From positions 53,444,001 through 53,508,000 of the forward strand of contig OZ365109.1 in assembly GCA_977030845.1 (NCBI GenBank): DNA of 64,000 nucleotides, read 5' to 3'. The notes below the pieces were generated by a model. The model searched no databases. It saw nothing but the letters and a program-made list of their open reading frames with translations, and was not told the DNA's origin. This document shows positions 52,783 to 64,000 of this stretch, in pieces. The stretch's first letter is position 1. Each line of letters begins with the position of its first letter. The translations under genes and the position numbers were made by a program. This stretch comes from Fimbriosthenelais zetlandica. Its lineage: Eukaryota.

Positions 52783-55700
52783 ATGATGGCAGACGAGGTT
52801 GTGAAGAGACCGAGAACACCAAGAAAGAACCCCACCCCGAAGAAAAGGGAATGCAGCTATAATGTCTACACACCAAGTACTTCCCCGTCCGAGGTACCTG
52901 TAGTGGACAGCGAAGCGGAAAATGAGAGTGAATTCAATTCTTTGGTACGTATGTTTTATTCATAAATGCAACCAACTTTCAAGTACCGGGTAGTCATATA
53001 GATCTAGGACTAGGCCTACCTAGGTTAATATCGCACCTAGACTGGAGGCTTAACGTACTAGGAGAAGTATATGATAGGCAGGCTCATACTTATATATAAA
53101 TTGATTAGCAGCCAGTGATTATTATAGATGTAGGCCTAGTGCTAAATATTTTAAAGATGTCTACAATTGTGAAATAAATGTGTTTTGTAGGTGGCACTAT
53201 CAAGTCAGGATGAGACAACCAATGTGGAACCATCTTCTGATGTATCCTCCCTCCGACGGTCCCCGAGAAAGTGTCCGAAAAAGCAAGATGACGCATTTAT
53301 ATCACCTAAACCCTCTGAGAAAAAGTCCGAGGCCTCTGAAAAACACAAGAAGTCTAAAGAACGGGGTAAAGAAAAAAAGAAAAGTAAAAACTCTAAGTTG
53401 AAAGCAAACATTGCCAAGATTCAAGCTCAGATTGCGAAAATGAAGGAAAAACTTGGAGTTGGTGGAGAGGTAGTTAGTGAGTCAGTGGCTAGTGATAGTT
53501 CTACTGACGTCACCCCAAGTTCCAGGTCAATGACCCCAGCTGATAAAAAACTACAAAATACTGCTACTGACCTTTCACTAGATCTCAGTAGGCCCAAATC
53601 CACATTACCTTTTTCCTCCACGGTCATGCCTGTCACTATCAAGGCCCTAGGACTCTCGGATGATGTGACACCAAAACAAAAGCCTGTGCCCAAATCTAAA
53701 GTCTTCAGTGTGTCTGATATGTTTTCTGGTGTTTCGACACGCCACCTTTCCACTGGAGTTACCGACTATGAAACTGCTGGGTCAAAGGACACTGCTAAGC
53801 TTGCCAAACCAAGGAAATCACCTCGGAAACAACCAGTTCCTTCCACAAGCAGCAGTAGGCCTACCAAAGGTGCAAGGAAAGAACCCGTTGATGTGACTGT
53901 GTTACCTGTAGGAGATGACAATGTTACTAGTAATGAAAACTCCCTTAAAGGACAAATTGAAGAGAGTAAAATTACTGAGGCAAAGCGCCAGAAAGGAAAA
54001 TGTGAAGGCTCTCAAGTGGAAAGAACTATTGTAGGGAATGAAGTGAACATATCCCCTTTGGATGCGGGTGATCAGAGACAAGGTGATACTAACATATCCA
54101 GTGCTGAACTAAGTGGTAGGAAGGTATCCGTGAAAAGTAGCAAATCTAAAAGTACTGGTCGCAAAAAGGGGAAGAACATAATTGGCATTGAAGAAAAAAC
54201 AAAGGTCATGGAGATTGAGACTGGGAAAGGGAACTCTTCAAATGAACTCAAAGATAAATCAGAACCGCAAACAAGTGGCAGTACTCAGGGTAAATCGTCT
54301 CATTCTAAAGGAACAGAACTGTCCGTCAATTTCAAGGTTTCTGAAAAAAGCCAGGAACCTACAGAGAAATCGTGGAAATCCCCACGAGGCAAAACTCCCA
54401 AAACACTGCCCACCAGCCACTGTACGTCCAGAATTTTGAGAAAAAGTGTGGAAAAAGTGAAAAGGAGGATGGTATTCTCCCCTGAGAACAAGAAAAGTGT
54501 CAGAAGAATCTTGGGTCACTCGGATAACGCTCAAGCCAAGGAAAGTGTGAGTAAATCGGGTCCAGTGTCTGAGGGGCGGGGGTCTTATGTTCATTCTGAT
54601 ATGGAACCCATTTCAGAAAAAGAAGAAGACATGAGAAAAGAAATTGGTGAGGTCAATTGTGAGATATCCCATGATGATTCTACACTGGATGGGGATGTAC
54701 GAGCCAGTCACAGACTAGCTATCAAGAGAAAATTAAAATTAGACGCAGACGATAACAAGGTTAGTAAAGAACCGAAATCAAAGGCACGGAAGAAATCTGA
54801 AAAGAAAGAGGGAACTCAAGAGAAAAAGACAAAAACAAAGAAACCCAAAAACAAAGAAGTGGTTTCGGATGCCATTGACATCACTTCTGAACCTAAAGGA
54901 AAGTCTCGTGCCAAGTCAAAATCCTCCAAAAAACGTTCTAACAAACAAACGGCCAAGAAAGAAAAGGTATTGGAAAGTAGCTCCCCAGAACTCATTCCTT
55001 GCCCAGAGGACAACCCTTCTGGTGATATTTCCCCAAAAGACTTCTCTTCAACAAATGCCCAAGATGGCACAAATGACGAAGTTTCTAAACCGAAAGTTGA
55101 AAGCAATTTGGACACGACCCCTGAAATGATGAGTGAAATTGAGGGTTATAACTTACACCTGAGCGAAGAAGAGATGGAATCCCCAGGCTCTCAGGAAATC
55201 CACAGCTTGGCTAAGGTACTTTTGAGCCTGAACCAAGACAGCCAACATCTTGAAGACAAATTTGAAGGATCAAATGACTCTATCATGATCCAGACGCCAC
55301 CCACAACCCCCAAGAAACGCACCCCGAGAAAGACCCCACTCAAACTCAACTTCAAGTTCAGGACGCCCAGCAAAGCTCCGGCTAAAAGTCAGTGGTCGCC
55401 AAGCAAAGTTGAGACCACCTCCAGATCGCCTGCGCGATTCGTGGGTCATTTTAGTTCCAAGGTGAAAGAATCTGGACTTTCATTTGGAGAGAGCAATGAG
55501 GCGAGGCAGCCTTCTCCGACCAAGATAGAACGGTTAACCTGTAGTCGTATAGAGGTTCTTGATACTCAAGCTTCTGGTTCAGAAGGTAACAAGTCAAGGT
55601 TAAGTCCTCAGCCGGGACCTTCTGGTGAACAGACTACCCCAGATGCCACTACTACTCCTCCCCCAAGACGACCCATCAGACGGTCCCTGAATCTGGGTGT

Positions 55701-58700
55701 CTCGCCCAAACCGAGAAAGAGTCCAAGGAAAAGGCTACTGCAAAAGTCGACTATGTAAGTCAATTTCTAAACTAATTTCTTAAAATAAGTACATTTTAGA
55801 ATGTGAGAAAGAAGGTATATCATTATATTTAAGTGTTACGTTTTTGAAAGCTTTAAAATTAAAAAGCTTTAAAAATTATCAAAACGAAATTTTATGAGGT
55901 ATGTACTCGGGTTTAAGCTATTTATTATATGAATGACAAGTTCTGTTAATGGCAAAATTACACTGACATTCGGGCCCAATAATATTGAAATGTTTCATAA
56001 CTTAACTGAGCTACTGTAAGAATTCATTCTATTCATGGTAAATGAGTCAATGATTTTTAACAGACGTAAAGGCTATAACACATCGCCTAAACGAGGTAGA
56101 GGGACGTCACCACGGAGAGGACGTGAGAGGCTGGACACGGCCACGGACAGTGAGACGTCACGGTCAGAAGTGATGGACTCGCCACAGAGTCCCAGTCTAC
56201 AGATAGTGGAGGACGATAATGATTCAGACTGGGAGGATGAGGAGGCGGACGAGAGACTGGAGGCCGCGTCCAAGGCACAGCCCATCAAACTGACGGCCAC
56301 TAATGTTAGAACCATCATCAAGGTACGGCCTTACATAATATTATATAATTGAAGTGATGGATACTTTTATTGTGAAAATAATCGATGAAATTATCAATAC
56401 TGAAAAAGACATTATTTTCCTACGACCTGAGATTTTATATATTGATTAGTGATTTATTTGTAGGCAATAAATAAAATTATCCGCCCTGAAAAAAGAGCAC
56501 CTTTAGATTATGTCTGCCCCTCGAAAAGAAAAGAAATGATTCACTAAAAAGTCCCAATATGATGAAACCAAGCTTTTTTGAAAATACATGTATTCTGCTG
56601 CTTTGATTCTGAGAAAGGAATTGGCAAGCTAACGTTTTCAATTTTGGCAAAAGTCTTGTGTTTGCTTTCGGCTTAGAAATAACTTGTGATGTTTTTGATT
56701 TTCAGGAGGTTATTTCACATCCAGGTGTGATTAACATGGTTACCAACAAACTGATGGAGTGTGGCTTCCAGGGTGATTATGAGCTGAGAAACACGCGCTC
56801 CCGCACCAACAAGGGTCTTACAGTACGTTCTAACTTACTCTACACTCAAATCTTAAGTAACAAAAACTTCATAGGCCTGCAGTACTTAGGTCGGAGAATC
56901 GCAATACTTACTTTTGAAACAAGGGAGTCGGCTATCCCTGAAGATGTGCTGGGTATCTGCAATAAATAAAGCCTTAAACAGAAAGAAAACGAATAGAAAT
57001 ATGATAGTACCAATTTGTCCCGAGCAAAGTTTGTAAACGATAAAAGAAATTTAAAAAATCAATGAAATCTTAATGTTTCAGATGCCAGATGGGGTCTGGC
57101 CGTTATCAAACACAAGCTTCACTGAAATCAATTTTTCCGATGACGATGAAGATGAAGACTATGACCCTTTGAATGACTACGATCAACTGAATGAGGTATT
57201 GTACATATTAGAATACTTGATTTAGGATGTTTTAAATCATTACTTGAATTAATTTAAAAGTAAGAAACGCACTTATTTTTTTCTGAGCCATGTTTTATCA
57301 TTGTCTGGTCACAGCTGAGTGATGCTGATTCTGAGAGTGTTCTCTCGTCACGCACCAGTGATCTTGGATCACCGCCGTCTCACACAACTCCCACTCCATC
57401 CCGATCCTCACCCGTCATTCCTGGACCTCTAACTATAGCCCTGTCTGACAACACTCCCAAAACACCAACGGTGGGTATTTTATTATTGCTTCCTAAACTA
57501 ACAAATCTTTCATCCCGAATTGGACACATGTATATGTTGATATGGACCTAACCCATCACCAGATTATTTTGTATTTTACAATTATATTTATTACATAAGT
57601 CATCTTTATTCTACCTCATAGTAAAATCTTGTTATGGAATGAATTTCAAATATAAACTATTTTATCAGGAGGAGCCCCCACTGCCGTTCCGACTGCGCTC
57701 TAAGTTCTCTCTGGAGGACACGCCACTGGAGGAGATTGAAGCTAACTTTGTGGCTCCAGACATCACTGCTGACCTCTACGATACAGTGTGTGACGACCAG
57801 GACTGGATGGCCTTCCTTAACACCCTAACTAAAACTTCAGGTCTCTATATCACCCAAATATACTCTACAATTATACATACCATACTTTATACTTCAGGCT
57901 AAATCCTATCAGAAGTCAATGTTTTCGGAATGGATTCATCAATATGTTGTACGAAAGTAATTGTGATAAAAAAACAACCTTTTGTAATATCGCGAAATTC
58001 TATTTCCAGTCAGAATTCATATTGTTATATACATGTACTTGAGTATCTTTGTAGTTTTTCTTATCTTTAGAAAAGTTGTGTTTATTCATTTCCAGAACCA
58101 GAAATGAACGATACATACGATGAAAAGAACGACCCGGAGTATAACATCATGGAGGACAACGATGATGATGACAATTATGAAGATTACCGTACTGATAAGG
58201 CAGTCAAAGTGACACGTAAGTCTTATAATTTAGATCTTAGAAACAAAAATTACGTCCAACTGTATGGCAAGATATTTATTTCCCTGACACTCAAAGTAAT
58301 GAAAATAAGTTACTTTATAGAAAGTCTGACCTATATATTTGTATTAATGTATTTTTCCTATGGAATAAAAGTGTGCGCTTTTTCAATATGTGTGTAGGCC
58401 ACCCACCCCAGAATTTATTATTATCAAGGGCCACATTGCTAAGATGCTTTTCTTTTTACAGAGAAGGAACTCGAGGCGCTTCATGGGGAGTTTTTTGACT
58501 TTGTCCTTCCTGGCATACATGACGATGACAGCCAAGACGATTATATGCCTAACGTCATCTCCGGAAGCAAAGATAAATCTGCCGCCACTAACAAGTCCAT
58601 ATATAAACCACCTATCACGTAAGTAACTGAGCTACCCATATTAATGAACAGGTTATGAAAAGATTTCTGTTTGTTTCTGTATGTTAGGAAGCATTAGAGT

Positions 58701-61700
58701 AAAATTGAATTTATTTTTCAGTTTGGACACACCTGGATCCATTTTAATGTTGTCTAATATGAGTAAATTGCAAGATATATCAACCGCTGATAAACCAAGT
58801 GCAGCGGGCGAGCCTGCAAAGAAAGAATTAAAAAATACAGCAGACTTCACTTGTGACGACCAGTACATCCAACTTCAGGACCAGATGAGGAAGGTAAATA
58901 ATAACACTATTTCTTATCACTTTGCTGTATGAATTCAAATTTAAAACAATTCAAATTTAAAATTGAAATGTTTGGTCGATTGTATATATGGATTTGCTCT
59001 TTTTTCCAGCATGTTCAGCTGTTAGCTCAGTCGTATGTGCTCGCCACCCACAGTCCAAAATACGATGAAATTAAGAAGCAAGCGGTGACAATATTGGTGA
59101 GAAACTCTTGAATAAAACCGTGAACAGTTGCTCAATCTAGGCTGCTGTAATGACCGTTGTAGACAAATATACCCGTTGCTAGATATAATTACCAGTCTCA
59201 AAGGAACGACAATTTTTGTATTGTACTTTAGAGGGATTTAGCATTTAGATTTCGTTCTAATATATTAATCTGAATTTCACTAAAATTTCATATACTAGAA
59301 TATAATGAACAGTAATTATTTCATCCTCATCCCTCTGACATTTTCTGTTTTGCAGAGTGAGCTCCAGCAGTTCGGTCTAACTAACATGATATGTTATCAG
59401 AAGCCTTCATTTTTCCACGCTGCGAATCTGGCAGGCGCCCTGGCCCTCACCCAGAATACCCTACCTAAACCTCCCTCAGATGTACTACAGACGCATGTAT
59501 ACAAATCACTACACACCAGAGGCTGGAAACGTACGCGGGGTATTAAAATTATAATTTTTATTTGGTTGAATGGTTTAGTTTATTATTAATAATACATCGG
59601 TTATTCTGAATTAGACATCTTATGCACACTAAGGAAACAATGTGAGTCGATGTATGAGTGAATGCCTGGGTAGTGACACTGAGTGAGGGGGTGAGTGCGT
59701 GGTGCATTGAAGTGAGAGTGACGTTTCTATCTTTGCTTTTGTTTATGCTCGTTTTCTTTATCCCACAGGGAAACCCAATAACATCTCCCTTACATGGCCT
59801 CAGATGGAAGTTTTTTCCTCCAGCAAAGTTTTCATCTTCCCACAAATGTTGCCAGAGCTTCGCTTCCATGATAAAACAAACCCTCCTTCTTATCAGATCT
59901 TCACCGAGGCAGAAGATGCGTGAGTGTTTAGTCAATGTCTCTAGGTTTTGTTAGGATATCTAGTATTATAGGTTTTTCTATTATATGTTTTTCAGTGGGT
60001 GTTTTTTGTTACTCATTTGGTATTTGGTAGCTGATTTTTCCCTGTTTTGTCAGGTTGTTGGCGCTGGGACTGGAGCAGTTTTCAGGGGTTGGTTCCCGCA
60101 CCAAGGACTTTGAACTAATTAAGACGTATCTTCTCCCTGTCCGATCAGTCAAACAGATCACAAATCGCGTCAGACGCCTGAGATATGACAAGGGAGATAA
60201 TCTGGTCAAGGTTGGTATCTATTCAGTTCAGTTTGTGTTCAGTTTGGAAGTTCAACGTTCATGATTTGTTTTGATTTCTTTTCTTTTTTTTAAAATACAA
60301 ATTTGGCCATTTCTTCAGTGGATTAAGATAGATCCGCATCCAATTATTTAATAAGAAAGTTAACAAAATATATTATTCAAGGGCTATAGCTATTTAGCAA
60401 CACCATTTCCTGTCTATGTGTTGTAGGAATACTACAAAAATAAGAAACTTCCTCAGTTAAACAAATATTTGAATCTGGAACCTCCGGACCAAATTCTCGC
60501 TCCTTATGATCGGGACCATCAACATATGCCTACATGGTTTGAGGTAGGGATGATTAAAATATTCAAGACTACTGTCCTAAAATAAGTTTATACCGATGTG
60601 ACATATATGATATTTTGAATGAATTATTTTGAATCTTTAGAATTACTCAATTAAGGTTCTTTGTTCATGAAAACAAATTCTGAAACAAGATGCCGTGTTC
60701 TTATTTAACTCAAATATCTTTTTTCAGAGTTTTGCGTATGTGAAGCAAAAATACACGGTTAGTAGATTACATTTTTCCGTTTACCGGTACATATTTCTTA
60801 TTGTATTTTGTGGTGTGAATTCTAATTTTGAAATGATTATTTGAGAAAATGCAGCTCCACACAATTTGAGAACCGAGGGCAGATTCTGTGAATTTTTATT
60901 TTTCTCGTTTATTAGGCTGGAGGGATCGGTTCAGGCTATGACCTAAAGACAGGTCGTCTGACGTCGCTCACTCCTGAGGCTATGTGTAGTAATCCGCCGT
61001 CAGACTCAGCGGTAGACGACAATATCACTGATAATGTCACTGCCACACCACCACCTCATGACTGTCAATCAAGACGACGCATGACAAGGTAGTTATTATA
61101 TAATAAGTACATGTACTTCTAATTTATAAATAATAAATATATAAATCATCTTGGAAATTAATGCATCACACTGTTACGGTTTATGCTCATTTGCTGTTTT
61201 GAATGTTTTTTTACATGTATTTGGGTTCACTTATAGGTCAGTAATTTATAATCTTGATCGTCTATAAATTTTAAAACAATTTGTTTTAGTCATTTAATAA
61301 AAATCTATGTCTTGCCCAATGCTTTGGAAACTAGTTTTTGTTTTGAATCTTCTAGGAAAGAAGCTAGGAAAGCTGCTCCAGAAGCTGCTGCAGGGAAAGC
61401 ATTAAACGAGGAGACCCCAGCCTCCAGCCAGCCAGTCACCACCTATATGGTACCAGTACCTCCTGTCTCCACCCCGGGCGTCCTCCCCTCCTCCCCTGTG
61501 GTCGTCATATCCTCCCACGAACTCCAGGAGTATGGCGCTCAACTCATAAACTCCCCTGAACCGGGAGTACAAAAAACTAAGGGCACAACAGGTGATCCAA
61601 GCCCTAGTCTGACCTCCACTCCCCACCGAGTGGAAACCAGGCTATTAACTAGTCTCCACCAAAAACAGTTGGGCAAGATGCCTTCAGATATTGACAGTCA

Positions 61701-64000
61701 GTTGGGGGTTCAGCCGCTCCCAAGTAGCGATATGTCCCCCAAGCAAACCCATGTTGGCCCATCATCAGTTACAAATGAACCTTTAATGATGTCACCAATA
61801 CAAAGTAGGCCTACCCATCACCCATCACGGTTGCCAGGAGAGCCTTTGATGTCCTCCCCAATACATACTCGTGCTGTTAGTGTCTTTGGGCAATCCGCTG
61901 ATACTGTCACTGTGGTGTCACCCATTGGTAAAAATCCAGTCATGTCTCCAGCTCAGGTGTCAGCCATGACGCCAATACACCCAGTCAAATCCTCTGATCT
62001 GAACACGCCTGTTGTCCATTTGGTTGAGTCCCCAGCACAGGGTGTTGTAGTATCTGTCACTACTCTCATGAACTCACCTAATGTTCTCAAACCATCCACT
62101 CATACACTAGAGTCAACTGTTACCTCTGGGGTCACTAGTGCTGTCAGTTCTGTGTCACAGCTCCCCATAACATTGACCCACAACGTGACAACATCTGAGA
62201 ACATCACAACAATGACACAACATACCACGTCAACAAAAAATCCGGCAACATCAGCAACATCAGAACACATTTCAAAGACAACATGCCAAAACCTGTTAAC
62301 CTCAGTAGAAACTGTAAATGTGACTTCTCCATTCAGTTCAATATCATCTGAGAAGATTTCAGTCTCTCAGAACCCTGTGTGTAATATTGGTGAAAAAGTG
62401 AATGTTACAGATATAAGTTACAAAAGTCAAGCTCAAAATAACTCTTCTGCAGTTGCCCAGTCTCAAGTATCAAGTCCACACTGCTCCAATCCACAAGTAT
62501 TAATCTCTTCTGTAGCGTCTTCCTTATCCAACGATCATCCTTACATTCGCCCATTTGGGGAAATAGAACAGAACACTGACTCTCAATCCTCCATCCCCTC
62601 TCCCTTTAAAACCCCGCACAAACCAAAGTCTACCCAGCAGCGATCCGGCACCCAGCACCTCAGCCCTGCCAACATTTTACTAACAGGTGGCGTTAAAAGT
62701 TCCACAAAACCAACTGTGAACAAAAGACCTGGTCCTGATATTGAGGAGGGATGTACCATCATGGAAAGTTGCCAGCTTCATTTAGAACCCGATAACACAA
62801 CTGGATTTAACGAGAGTTCTGAAAAGTCCCCAGATGAATCGGATATCTCAGGTTATATCATGGAGACCCCGAGAAAGTTCATACCGAACGAGGAGTGTTC
62901 CCGATCCCCTACTGTATACAGCAACAGTAGCTTTAGTAACAGTCCTGGCTATTCTGATTGCACGCCAACCAAAAGCAATGTAGACACACCAACTAAATCA
63001 GCCGTGGCATTGATGGCCGCTTTTGCCGAGTGTATGACCACCCCTGTGAAACGACCCGCTTGTTCTGACAATGACAAAACCCTAACCCCTTCTAAAAATA
63101 CTCTTCGAACCCCTGAAAAAACAAACTCGCCCTTCAAGTTCAGACTGAATGTGACCCCGACTCGATTCAGGACTATCGTTCCCAAAGCAGGCCCCGTCAC
63201 CCCACCCAGGGTCCTCTCTCCCTTACCAAAGAAGGTCCATAAAAGTCCAAGGAGAAAGATTCTACAACAGAAAGCCAAGGCTATTCTCCCTAAAGGGTTT
63301 GTGGTGAGCACCTATGCTGTATCCCCGACTAAGAAAGCAGCAGCTAGTTTAACCAGGAGAGCTAGGACACGGTCTGGGTATAGGAAAATCAAGGCTAAAC
63401 CTCCAAATGCCCCAGGTACCGACCAAAACAGCACAGGAGGAACCACTGCTGGTACCAACCCAGATGACACAGACGATGTGCTAGCCACAGCCGATGAAAA
63501 TGAAGACACGGATGTGGATGTCTTAGAAACAGACCTAGCAAGTGGATATGACACGCTGGAGTCAGAATATGCTTCGGAAGACAACCAGTCAGCCGAAGAG
63601 AAGGAGAATAATGAAAAAGCAGTGCCGGTCAAGGCCCCTGCGGTTGTCCCACCTAAACCCAAGGCTAAGAGACAGAGACGGTGGAAAAAGAAGCCTAAGA
63701 AGAAGACAGACTATAACGATAGCGCCTCAGATAATGAGGATGGCTTTGGTATGGGTGCCAGGTTTGGTCATGACAGTCAAGATGACGAAGACGATCCTTT
63801 CGCTCAGTTCATGGCAGCTAGTACGACTATCAGGTGAGGAAAACTAATAAATTATTTTTTTAAATACCATTATAGCCATTTGTAAGACAGTCAGTAATGG
63901 AAGAAATACTGTACTTATAATTTTATATGGGCTGTGAAATAACCCTATTTACTTTCTCTTTTAGGTTCGACCCAAAACGATCCACATCCAGGGTGGATAG
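52783..64000 (+). CDS. GON4L: GON-4-like transcriptional corepressor (GON4L/YY1AP1/mute family), 3'-truncated by the window
   Basis: Exons 52783-52944, 53191-55754, 56064-56322, 56706-56822, 57082-57195, 57315-57470, 57669-57840 (FRLRSKFSLEDTPLEEIEANFVAPDITADLYD...DWMAFL), 58096-58215 (DPEYNIMED...YRTDKAVKVT), 58462-58618, 58722-58893, 59010-59096 (QMRKHVQLLAQ), 59356-59530, 59769-59919 (SKVFIFPQMLP...FTEAED), 60054-60210 (LLALGLEQF, SANT/Myb-like), 60427-60543, 60728-60757, 60916-61088, 61356-63833, 63965 to the window end. All in phase. The blocks match conserved GON4L segments as I recall them. Confidence 0.9.

Noticed and set aside
53205-63662. Antisense and alternate-frame ORFs inside the two giant GON4L exons
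   Set aside because: Expected shadows of long, compositionally biased coding exons.
1-64000. tRNA, rRNA, snRNA, conserved miRNA or autonomous transposon
   Set aside because: A by-eye scan found no T-loop/anticodon pattern, no remembered conserved miRNA sequence and no RT or transposase ORF. A covariance-model search would be needed to exclude small RNAs.

Overview
AT-rich, intron-rich eukaryotic DNA, most likely a marine invertebrate bilaterian; the species cannot be determined from the sequence. Five spliced protein-coding genes were reconstructed by hand with GT-AG junctions and consistent reading-frame phase. They are ADAL (-, 8 exons over 30.7 kb, 358 aa), MSTO1/misato (-, 15 exons, 570 aa), PTS (+, 6 exons, 148 aa), a FAM169-family gene (-, 6 exons, 264 aa) and a GON4L-like gene (+, running off the right end). 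The right 25 kb is a compact cluster with two bidirectional promoters (MSTO1/PTS and FAM169/GON4L) that share an identical 14-mer. The left 39 kb is almost all non-coding: three very large ADAL introns lack transposon ORFs and carry CTCF-like and transcription-factor motifs, which resembles a bystander gene in a genomic regulatory block. Several MITE-type elements, short repeats, RFX X-boxes and a candidate spliced lncRNA are present. I found no tRNA, rRNA, CRISPR array or autonomous transposon. All family assignments come from remembered motifs, not database searches.
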